Positions 1-13,000 of a stretch of 64,000 nucleotides of DNA are shown here, in pieces. Source of the stretch: Trichoplax adhaerens (taxonomy: Eukaryota; Animalia; Placozoa); the NCBI RefSeq assembly GCF_000150275.1, contig NW_002060944.1:4902123-4966122 (forward strand). The letters run 5' to 3'. Each line of letters starts with the position of its first letter. Positions within the stretch are counted from its first letter, which is position 1. The notes under the pieces are model-generated. The model searched no databases, was not told the origin of the DNA, and was given only the letters and a program-made list of their open reading frames with translations. A program made the position numbers and the translations under genes.

Positions 1-575
1 GTTTTCACATTGTCAATCGCCATCCTTTATCTAACATTAATCCAGTATAGTAGTAATCTCTCATCGATTTTGAAAAAGTCAACGTAGAAATGAAATTCCT
101 ATTTGTTATCCCTACGGTATAAAATACTTCAATCGAATAACCCCTTCCATTTGCAATGTAAGAATAATTAATTATTTCCACACTGTCAAGCATCATCCTT
201 ACCTACTATTAATCCAGCACAGTTTTGATTTATATCTCTTATCAAAGACTTTAAAAGTCAACGTATAAAATGAAATTCCTACTCGTCTATCCCTACGTTA
301 CAAAATACTTTCATCCAATAACTCCCTTCTATTTACAAGGTGAGAATAATAAATCATGTGCACCATGTCCAGCGTCATCCTTTACCTAGCAGTAACCCCA
401 GTATAGTTGTAATCTGCCAATCCAAGATTTTGGAAAAGTCAACGTAGAAAATGAAATTCCTATTTATCTATTCCTACGGTATAACATACTTTAATCGAAT
501 AATCGCCTTCCAATTACAATACTAGACTAATAAATCCTTTCCAACATGTCAAGTGTCATCCTACAACTAGCTTTA
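1..575. repeat. Degenerate tandem repeat, ~180 bp unit, ~3 copies (may continue left of the window)
   Basis: The anchor aagtcaacgta recurs at 76, 255 and 436. The flanking motifs tgaaattcct, cctacg, catcct and aatactt recur with the same period. Confidence 0.9.
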
Positions 576-1086
576 ATCTACCATGGTTATTCTCTTGTTG
601 CTCAAGAAGAGAAGATTGTACCTAGAAAGGAAATACAAATCAAACTTTATTTGCCCGCAGCTGATCTACTATCTATTGTTATAAAGCAAAATAAGATGTA
701 GATCATCAACTATGTTATATTGTCATATTATTCAAACTATTGTACTCTTCTAGCGTCATAACTAGGTTTAATTTGTTATAGGGTAATGGAAGAATTTTCT
801 TTGACAAACTAATAATTAATCAAGCAGCAACTTCATTAATATTCAGTGACGTGATACGCTCATTATCCTTAGTTTTTTTTTTATGGAAACAATTTCATGC
901 CTTTACTATGACAAGATGATGTACTGTATTAGCCATCTACCTCTCCACAGTGTTGAACTCTCATCTTACTATATTAGTTGTAGACGCGTTGGTATGTCGT
1001 CGTTACTGAGTTATACAATCGATCGAGATCATTTATATCAAGCTTGATTATTATTATTCTAACATTGGATATAAATTGACTTTTTC

Positions 1087-4000
1087 ATGGAAACCACCTT
1101 GGAAAAAGAGATTGATCTACAAGAATCGCCAGCAGGTCCACGTGAACGATTGAAAAAAAGAATTTCCAATCGATCATTGCCTCATGTACCAGCGGGAAGC
1201 AATGGCAATCAACGACCAGCAACGCGAAAATTGCCTTCAGCTCCATCGCCTATTACCACGGCTGGCAATGATCAAAATCCATTATCTGGTAAAATTCGTG
1301 TTATACCTATTGAGGCACAATTGAAGCAATTAGAAGCAGCAAGACGTCGTTCATTGCCGATGACAGCGGGTAATAAGCAAGAGATTTTAGTTCAATTGGA
1401 AGCTCGAGATCGAGCCGAAAGTTTCAAAGATAGAATGGTTGATCCATCATCTTCTTTACCTTACCATTTTCAACATGAAACTTACTACGATGTCGAAAGC
1501 CATCAAAAAGGCACGCAAACGCTTATTATTGATGCATTCGATGAAGTACGAGTACCATGGACTATCGTCGCTAGATTTAAACCAACTTCTCCTGGGTAAT
1601 AATGATCTATTGACTAGACATTGATTGAAATTTGAAGTAAAAACTTTAGAAAATACAACAAATTTATTGTCTACTATCTCTCTAATCAATCTCGATAGGA
1701 TCAATTAAATACAACTTATTGTAGAGTGTCCATAGATAGATGGAATCCTATCTACTATGATATAATATCTTCCGTAGTTTAAATAAAGGTAGAGCTTGTT
1801 TATAGATAAGCGCTTGATAGACATCGATCTTGATTAATTATGAGCGATATAAATGGCAAAAATGCCATCTTGCAGCTAAGCATAACGAATAATAGAGCAA
1901 TCCATCGTTTTACAGCGCAGATTGCTTTTTCGCCTCATTTTTTCTGCTCCCTACACACAATACAATTTATTCCATAACTATTTCTACTGGATCTTTTATT
2001 TAAATTTTAATCGCTTCTTTTCTCCTATTGCACTTAGAGATAAAGATCAAAATATTGACATCGGTCAAAACAGAATCACTTATAGAGCAACAAGTGGTGA
2101 AATTTATGAAAGCAATGTTGATCGGGTCATCAAAGCTACGGATAAAGACAACAAGCACGATGAACTTTATAAAATGATCGGCCAACCTATAGTTAACTTA
2201 GCTTTCAAAGGCTATAATACTTGCCTTTTCGCCTACGGACCAGTACGTAAACAATTTTAAAGTAGAGAACGATAACCTAAATAGAATGCTTACTATTGAT
2301 GCAGATGTTGACATATATAAAACAGTTTATTTGAATCCTTCCTCTGAATTGTTCTACCTTTTATCCTTTCATTGGTATGATTACTATCGTATTATAAGAA
2401 TATTCAAGTACCCCAACTAGCCACTAATCATACTATGTACTTTATTTTCGATCGACATGCTATTGCTTATCTAGTATGAGACTATGCCGTTATGACTACA
2501 AGCATTACGATAGATATTCCATCTATAGCATGTAATAAATTCAAAATAAGAGATAGTTCAGGTGGAATTCCTACTATTTATGTAGACTTGAACATAGACA
2601 ATATTAATATAGAATATCTAATTTTGGATCATTCCCTTCAAGTATACCACTTTTAGCTATTTTGCTTCATCATCATTACAATCTTTATCGGCATCATTTT
2701 ATTCTGATGTCTATGCCAAAAAGTAGAAAATGATGCTGTCCTTTTTGTTTTTCTGCCAACTCAAACTTCCATTTATTATAGGAGCAGATTAATACTATTA
2801 CATGTATCATCATGACAAGCTTTTAATCCATGTCATTTGCAAGAGTTTCCTGTGCTTTCAATTATGACTTCGTGACCTTTAATGTTCCTCCTTTTCTTTT
2901 GGTAATTTTTTTTAGATTGGTAGTGGAAGATCTTACTGGTAATTGTTTCTAGAACCACCATATGCTGGTTTTAATACAAATATTTTTAATTCAAATTAAT
3001 AAAGCTACTTAATGCCACTTTTCAATTTCCATTCCTCGAATTTGTCTTGCGTGAATACTTTAACATTGATAATTAGTGCCTTTCCAATTTTCTTTTACTA
3101 GCATTACCGGCAATGATATGGATGAAGGATTAATTCCGAGGATATGTGATGAATTGTTCGATAAAGTAGCAGAATATGGGGAGGTATTTGCACTTTTCTT
3201 CAATGTTTTCCTTCCTTTCAAAATATCTAACCAAGGTATATTGCTGTTAACTAATTAGGATAATGCTAGTATCGAATTTGGCTTTTACGAAATATTCAAT
3301 GAAAAAATCTACGACATATTAGCACTTAATGAACATACTAAGGCAGTATGTAATCTTAATTCTAAGAGCATAAGTCTAGCTTTTGAAAATGATTATTATT
3401 GAACTCAACAGAATATTCATATAGCTATAGATAGATAAGCGAGCAAACAACTTTTCCATTAAAAATTTCAACTAATATTAATCATTCCTTATTTCACTCA
3501 TTATTAGCTAAGCATATTAGAAGATCCGCAAACAGGACCTTATATCGATAATTTATCTATGTAAGCTACTTTTAAATTAGAATTCAAAATTCTTCATAAA
3601 AAATAAAAGAAATATTAGCCCATCATCTATAAAATGAACTCTGTTTAAAGGATCGGTAGTAATATTAATAATAAAAATTTTTTTACTATCGAAAAAGGTT
3701 TATAGTGAAATGTAAAGAAGACATTATAGTAAGTTAGAAGATAAATGATGCTTATAATATCTTCAAATTAAGGTAGACTTTCACATTTTTAATTATTCTA
3801 CAAAAGATTTAATGTAAGCTAAAAATTGAATATAGGACTGGCTAGAATATGGACAAAAGTTTAGGGCCATTTACAGTAACGGAATTAATCGTCGAAGTCG
3901 TCGAGCACATGTTGTATTTACGTTAGTTTTAAAAGTCTTCGAGGTAGTTTTCTGCAAGTTTCCTAGGCAACCAATAATTTTAAAATCATAGTGCAATTTT

Positions 4001-7000
4001 TATACCGTCGATTTTGAACTTATCATGTATACTATATTATAGATAGTAATTGTCCTAATTTAATCTTCTATAGACAACATTGGATGGAATAGAAGAAGTG
4101 GCAACCACTGCCAAAGTATCACGACTTAATATCGTTGACCTAGCTGGTTCTGAACTTGGATTTCAAAATAGTGATATAGTAAATTATATGCATCTCATTA
4201 ACATAGTAACAACTATTTTCCAGTTGGCATGCATGTTAAATTCTTAATATGACTATTATACTATATAATGTAACCAAACAAATACTAAATTACTATCTTT
4301 TTTTTTTAATATACAATCTTAGGACAACTGTAGTATTAGTCAATCGATACAATCCTTCAAGGCAATAATTAGGCAATTATCCATGGAAGAAACTGATGAG
4401 AACAAAGCTGAACGAGCTTATAAAGATTGTGATTTAACGAGGTAATACAACTTCATAACATGATTTCGAGATGGAAAGCTTAATAATTTCAAACTATAGA
4501 TTAAAATGACCTGCACAGTAGACAGAAATTTCCTGTTCATTCTTTGTTTAATCCAGTTTATTAAAAGAAATCCTGGGTGGAAATTGTAGGACTTTTATGC
4601 TGGCAACTCTTAGTCAAGCTGCTTCGAGTACTGGCGAAGAATTTATAGATACGATAAAATATCCAAGAATATACCAAACTATGTCAACTCTAACATTGTT
4701 ATAGAAATTTGATCGTTGCGTAACTATAACTTTGTTGCTATTTTATATCAATCAGATACAATGAAATATTTAAGGTCTATAAAACTGTTTAAAATTCTAA
4801 TATTAGCGTAAAATGACATCACTTTATTGAATAAGAGTATTTGTATTACTACTCAAATCATCTGGTTAATTTAATCGTTTCAAGATTTTACGAAATGGGT
4901 ATCAATTATAAAAAATTATTCTGTGAATTCCAATTTGATTGCTTTATTAATCTAGAAATAGCATTGCATGGATATTTTATAATCCTTAATAATTCATAAG
5001 TTATGCAATGCTGCAAAGTCAATTATAAATCGAGCACGAATTAATGAAGATATTTATGGTCTCCATCTTAAAGGTACTAAACTTCAGATTATCGTCATGA
5101 TAATATCTAAAAAAGGCTAATTACACTATAATTATAACTGTTAATTTCCTTACTGTTTTGGCTAATATAAATTCCGTCGTAGAATTAAAGAAGCAATCAA
5201 GTGACCTTAGGAGCCTTATGGCACATCAAGAATCCAATTCTACATGGAGCAAAGACCTAGCCAATATACAGAAAGACATTGCTATCACCGTTAAAGAACT
5301 TACAAGAGAAAAAGAGTAAATTTAAAAATTCTTTAAGAAATTGTGCTATCATGCAAATCAGTACAATACTATATGAGACTGGTTTAGTTCAAGATTTAGT
5401 ATAGTTATTTTCTATTCAATTCATTCTGATTACAGATTAATTAATTATAAATATGAAGAATCTAATACATTTAAAGATAGAGCACGACAAGATCTTGAGG
5501 TAAACTATATGCGCAATCAACCGATATTACTTGAAATCTACTATTCAAAAATGATTTTAGATATCTAAAATAATTTTATCAAGTCTTAAAATTAGAGAAA
5601 TGAAAATAAAGCATTATTCCATCACCAAAATTGTATTTCAGGAAATGGGAATTGCACCCATGAAAGACAGCAAATTTGATTACTTGGTTAATTTACACGA
5701 AGATGATCGACTATCAACTATTTTGTACTATATCTTAAAATGTAACTGAACACTACTCCGGATAGACTTTATTTAGAACTAAAGTATATTTGCAAAATAG
5801 TGGAAAATAAAATTGCAGGATAAAAATTCCAACTGTTATCGCTATATTATAACGAGACCAATCTTTCCGTATCAAGCAGCATACACCTCCGTGGGAAGTC
5901 TATATTCTGATTGCAACATCCGTTTACCTGGTGCACTCATAAGTGAAAGGCATTGGTAAGTTATCGTAACTATTATGCCATATGTTTTCATGCTATGGTA
6001 TAAGATAAAATCTTTTTTGATCATTTACGACCTAGTGTATTAAAATTACTTATTTATGGGTTATATTGGACATCATAGATTAAACTAAACGAGTAGAATA
6101 ATATCCTATGTATCCCACTAATGGCGAAGTAATGCTGTCTAACTAAATAATTCGTTAGTTTTACATTGCAAAATGATTTTAATCAGCAACGGTCTGGTCT
6201 ATTTCAATCTATGGAAATGCAGTTTACATTGTAATCTATATTTTAGCCAATCTATACTCGGAATAAGCTATAGTTTTTCCCAGCCAGCTAAGTGATGGCT
6301 TTGAAACAATCCATCTGCGCCATAATATAAGATAAAATTACTTGACTAGAAGCGATCGAGTCTATTTAAATCTATGAAAGATACAGTTTATACATACTAT
6401 AGCCTATGCCCATAACCAACTTACGAGCAGATTAAAGTTATATTCAGTCAACCATGACAATCTTATCGGTTTCGGTATTTACGTTATGTTATAAGAATAA
6501 AATTAATTTAATCGTCCATGATTTAGCTTACGATACAATCTGCCCAATAGTATCATCCATTAGTACTACAAATTATAGGCATATAAATTACTTATTGAGT
6601 TACGATTTATTCTATGTAAAATTTCTGATAAGAAAAGCCACTCTTAATATAATTATCATTCTAGCTATCATATATTTAGTTAAATCATATCCAGCCAAAA
6701 CTAATAATGATATAATCTAATCAATTATCGAGTACTATTTAACTAGATTCTAGCTACTGTAGACTCGTTATTAGTCTATTTAAGCAATGTCAAAAATACA
6801 ATACAATTTGTAATATAATCTTAGCTTAAATACAAATTTACTGCAATATATCTCGTACACCAAAAACTACATGTTTTCTTATTTATAGCACATTGCAGTT
6901 TATCAGTTTTAAGAGCAATAAAATTATTGTTATTATGAAATATCAAATAAGCTAATTGCAATGCATATCACATCTATTTAACAGTTACTTCGAAATTAGC

Positions 7001-10000
7001 GGTGATAAAATTACCGTCACTCCGACAGGTAAGAGTTTAAATTAGTGAATAGTAAAGGAAAGTGCATACCATACTATACATTTGAATTCTTTTCTACACG
7101 TCCAGCTCCCCAGAGATATGCTTACTTCTTCTAGTTTTAACCTATGATCTTTTCCTTTATAGAAAACTCAGCCACATACGTCAACGGTGAATTACTTAAA
7201 GAAAAGAAAGTCCTACATAATGTAGGGATTAAAATTCTGGTTTATCGATTGTTTATTTTCCTTTCTCACTGATGTAACACTGCTCTCGCTTTTGTAGAAT
7301 GATAAAATAGTCTTTGGTGATCAATTCTTTAGGTTAGAGATTAGGCATTGCGCATCATTACTACTTAAATTGGATAAAACCTTCTTCTAGTAACAAACTA
7401 TTGACCTCACTGCTGATAAAAGAATTTCTTTTTTCTCTTTATAATTTGCTAGAGTAAATTGTTCCAGAAGACGTGCATTGATTTTAACGCAACCTACAAC
7501 AGTTGGATCAATTACATTTAAACATGCATATCAGGAGCTGTTATCCAAACAGCTGGAAAAGTAAGCAGAACATAAATAATAAATTAATCGATATTCTATT
7601 ATCCTTTGATGTAAAACTAAATATATAGCGGTAGCTATACTCTTACGGTAAAGGAAAAAATATACAATAATTTAATCTACTAATTCTATATACTGTAAAG
7701 ATAGTCAATACAATTTCATGGTTATTTGTTTTCGTAACAGCCTTGTTAGAAGGACCTAGTTCTTAATAATACAATGGTCATTTGTCTTTATAAATCGGTG
7801 ATGAGAATATTCATTCTAATTCAAAATGATAGCTAGCCAAGAACATATGAGAAATACTCTTTTAATTATCTTGATAGACTCGGTGGGGTATAAATCGAAG
7901 ACAATGAATTTATCTTTTAGCTGTTCGCTATAACAATTCTCATAATTTAGCGCTGCAGATATGATTTATGATTTATAGGGGCACGATCTAAGTACCTAGT
8001 GTTACAGTTTAAATTTCTAATGACAATCTTTATCCTAATTCCCCAGTAGAGAAAAGAGAATATCCCTTTTAGTGCATAAATAATCAGCGTTCTCAACTAT
8101 ATGATAATTGATCATTTGCCTATTTTTTGGCGAGGATTATCAAATGCTATTACTGTCAATTTTAGTCATAATATGTTGAATATAATCCAAATTATAATCA
8201 CAGTTTACATCTATAATCGAGGACAAAGATATCTTCAGAATAATTTAACACTCTATGGTGGAAAATACTGGAGACTTTCGTCCATATAGAAATATCATTG
8301 TCTACGCATCCTATATCCATTAATTCTTGCTAATATGGATGAATGGGAAGAAAAGTAATTCCTTATAGATGTTAATAGAAAGGATTCCAATTTCTACATT
8401 ATATACAGCAATTAGCCAAATAGTCTATTCTGTTACTATTATAAGGGACGAAACAAAGTTTCTGTCTAGTAATCTTGCCTCCCTATTACATCTCCGTAGT
8501 TAAGACAAGCCTATCCTCACCAAGTTCCTGTCTAGCCACCTAGTCTCCCTATTACATCCCCATAATTAAGATGATACACCATTATAAAAGTAATCACTGT
8601 AACTTGAGGTAATAACGTCTATAGTAAAGTCAGTTCTTAAGGGTCTACAATAAATCAGACTAACTGGATTTAAAACCCAAACTAAGCTTTATTACAATAA
8701 AGCTAACCGTAACTGCATTTACAACAAAATATTAACAAGAAGAATTCCCAATCTACTTCTTGTATAAGCTTATATGTCCTAGTGCATGACCTATTTAATA
8801 TCGATGGTAACATTATCACACTTGCATGCGCTAAGCACGGGCATTGAATTACTATATTTTACCGGGGCACAAGCGACTAATGGCATTTAAACTACGCTAG
8901 TATTATAGCCTACGGTAGTGCATATTAGTAATTCCATAGTTAATTCAGAATTTAACTCAAGTACTAAGCTCACGACACTACAACAATTATTTCATGATGC
9001 AGGATAATCCAAGAAATTGAAAATGCTAATAATCAACTAGACGAGGAAATTTCACAAAAAATCATGGATTTACAGGTAAATCAGGAATCTTGGCTGGATT
9101 CTATTGCTATATTCAACTGCGTTTTAAGTATTTCCTTAGACAAAATTGAAAGAATTTTAGATACAGCAACAATTTAACAAAATATGATTGACTAACATAG
9201 AAACAAGATGGAAATCCTGCTCAATTACGCATAGCAATTGAAAAGCTAGAGTTCCAACAGAGTGATTTATCTATGGTTAGAGAATGGATCCGAAATTTAG
9301 TAAGTAGAGATGATGCTTGTCCATAATCCAACCTTACATGCTTAAAAATGATCTGATTATTTTTCACTTTCTATTTATATATTTCAATTTGGAAAATTTT
9401 GACTACACTATAAACTAGAAACGACTAAGAAGGATAGATCCAAAGAAAAGAAGAGATAGTTTAATGAGTATCGGTGAATAAATTCTAATATAGCTAAGTC
9501 ATAGAGAATTGGAAAGGAAAATGATCGGAAATGGCTGATTCAAATATTTTTTATTTTACTGACAGATGAAAGTACTTATGAAAGTTTAAGACTCTCTATT
9601 CTTCTCAACGAAGCCAATCATATTAGTAAAGCTATTGGAGAAACAGCAGTAAGTATATCATTATCCTAATATTTAGAAAATTGAGCCAAATTGAATTTCA
9701 ATATCTCAGTCTGTTCATTGATGATTATCTACGTAGATATTTGATCGTCTTGACAACGTAGTCGATGGAAAGGTAAGAAGCAACAGGATGAAGGGTTTCT
9801 ATTCGACCTTAAAAAAAGCTTACCGAAGAAGTTTTACAATAACTGATCATTGACGATCGTTTTGGTCATTTCTTTTACCAGATTTTAACTAAAATCTCCA
9901 TGAAAAACCCACAAACTAACAAGACTACTACCTGGTCCTTTTTGAAATTTGAATCGCACCTCGCTAATATGCGCGAGATCAATTGGGTAGGAGAGGATTT

Positions 10001-13000
10001 CTTGTTTAAATAGAGATGTTCTAGTTGGCTGTGATCCACTAGTATAAGTCTTTGGTTTTAGTTGGATCTTATGAGAAATAGAAGTAGTAGGATATTAGAG
10101 CTTTTCCGTTATACTTCTGTCGGTGATCACCATCTTGACGTATTGAAGACCTAAGGGAAAAATTGAAATTTCTGTTCACTAATTTGTAGGAAACCAACAT
10201 GAGAAAATCCAATTATACGGATGAATTAAATACCGGTCGAGTTGGAGTCTATAAAATTGGTAGCGAAGAAGCAGAAACAACAAACAAAGAGAGAATCCTT
10301 ATTCCAAAATCAGAAAGCGACCAAAGCGATTTTATTAAATTATCGGAGAAATTACTCAACGACATGACTATAAAGAAATCATCAAGTTTACCGATACGAG
10401 ATAGTACAAAAGATCTAGCGGATATTGCCATGACTGATTTATCCAAAGTTTTAGCTAATGTCGAACCTGAGAGTAAATTAATAGGGAAAGACGAAACAGA
10501 AATCGATACTACAGAAATAGTACTAGAAAATCCAATTATTGATCCGTTGGGTTTAGATACAGAATCAATGACAATCGATTTAACTAATGAAGAACAACGA
10601 AAATCACTAACAGATTCCTTATTTCAAAATTCCAATAAAATCAACAATTCTTTGTATGGCAGTTCGGGGGATAAATTAGAATCGTTATTTCATAATGTGT
10701 CAGGCGATGTTAATTCACCTAGTAGTAAGGAAACTTTAGATAGCACTGAAATCAACGATCATGACTCTGAATTAACGTTTAATTCCATTTCCTTAACGGG
10801 TAGCAAGCGTTCATCTGTTGCCAGTCAAGTAGAAATACATCCAAGTAGCAAGCGATCATCTGTTGCCAGTCAAGTAGAAATTTATCCGGATAGCAAGCAT
10901 TCATCCGTTGCGAGTCAAATAGATATACATTCTACCCTTCAAAGTAATTATTTATCTAAAGAAACACAGCAGGATAATCCTAATACAACGGGAGATATCA
11001 ATGATAGAAATCATTATTCCAAGAGTGAAGAATCTACGAAGGCCGTTGATAACAGGACTATACCCAATGCAAGTCCAGTTATTGCCATGAGCCATGATAA
11101 TTATACTTCAAGTAGTGGTGAAGATGATCGAAGTTCAAGCTTACGACAACGACCAGTAGTAAAGAAAGAAGATCTAAAGCTGTTGTAAGTTATAGCTAAT
11201 GGTTGAAGAATAGTATTACTCACTTTCTTAATCTTTTTGTTTCATTCAGTGTCTTAAAATGTGCTAAAAGTAACTTAAGTATAAAAATGAATTAAATTCG
11301 TTTTCATTTACGGTATATAGAGAAATTGTGGCCAAAAATAGTATTCAGACTGGGAAAGGATCGAAAGGAATTTACCCTGTAAGAAGAGGACGCAAAGCCG
11401 AAGTGGCTTCACTGGTAAGATAAACATTATTAGGGAATTTTTCAGTGCCTTAAGTTATAAGTAATGTACTGCTTTTGCGCTGATATGATATAATAATAGC
11501 TTTAACAGTTAAATCATCGTTAAGATAGAATAGACACTATTACAAAATTATTCAATGCCTTTTCAATTAAGTGTGATATTGCATTGATATGATAAAATAA
11601 TAACATTTAGCAATTACATGATTAGTAGGTTAGGATAGACCCTATTAGAAAATAATAGTGAAAAGTACTAGCTTCAACAGGCAAATCATTAATGAGATAG
11701 AATAGACACTATTAGAAAACATTAGTTAAAAATACTAGCTTTAATAGTTAAATCATTACTAAGGTAGGATAGAGAATATTAGTAAATACTAGCTTTAACA
11801 GTTTAATTAATGATTGGTAAGAACAGATAGATATTATTAATATTTAAATATTAGCTTTAATCGTGAAAGAATAATATATACACTTACTTGTAGGAAAGGG
11901 AAATTTTATCTGCACCATCAAGTCCTAAATTAGAAAATCGAAAATGTAATGGACTCAATTTAATATAGCGTCCATCTGATACAAATTAATAAGTATTCTC
12001 TTTATTATTGCACAAATATTAATAGTTATCAATTTCTTGCATAATTAGCCTTCAATTCCGCAACAACTATTGTCAAACTTTGTCATGATCATATCCAAAA
12101 GGCAATCTCATTTTTGGAAGGTATATCTAGATAGTTTTTACATACAATAGCAAAGCTACAATTTCATATCTCGAGAATTCGGAGTAGAATAATAAAAACT
12201 CGACGTTATAGCCATTCCATTAATTTGATGTATTATCCGTATTTCTATATGTACCTTGTAGCTGGAGTACAAGCCTGTTATGTCCCACTACCTCAAAAAG
12301 TTTTACACGAATGCCAGATGCTATCAGCTTTTGGAGCCTTATTACTCAGATACTATAATAAAGGTAATGAAAAAATTTCCTGTAACGTTGGCTAAATTGA
12401 TTAATAGGGCGAAGATACTGGCAAAATTCGATACAAAATAACTTATTACAAGTGATTCTATTATAATATACGCCTAACTTGATTATCGATCAAAACTTAA
12501 AAATATTCTCAGAGAGAGTCGGAAGTTCCGTTAACCTAAATCATTGCTGTCTCCAATTAACTGTATCGATGGAAATGCTGGCTGAACATGTTCGAACTTG
12601 GGGTAGTATGGATATTGCCCATAATACCTATGATCATATTAATATCCAACTATTAGGAATAACAAAGATCGCAGGAGGAAATGTGGCTAATATGCTTCTG
12701 GTAAGCTAATTTAGAAATAAATAAGTCGTGATTATTAGTAATTTAGTACTCCTGAACATCAGTTATTGACTACTTTAAAATTCTACCATATGTTATAGGC
12801 TGCTGAAACTTGGAAGGTCAGCGAAATCCATAATTCTTATAAGAGAATTTATGATTGTGTCCATTCTATTGCTGAATTATCAGGGGAACATACCTTTGTA
12901 TCAGCATCTTACCTATTTAATGATGAGAAAATTGATAATAGCGATATGATTGATGACATAGATAGCCATCGCAACCTTATTCAGGTATAGATCCATTTGT

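Noticed and set aside
4756-4774. Possible GT-AG micro-exon rescuing the kinesin frame
   Set aside because: No phase-compatible canonical donor/acceptor pair was found, and the translation fits helix 6 worse than the AT-AA solution.
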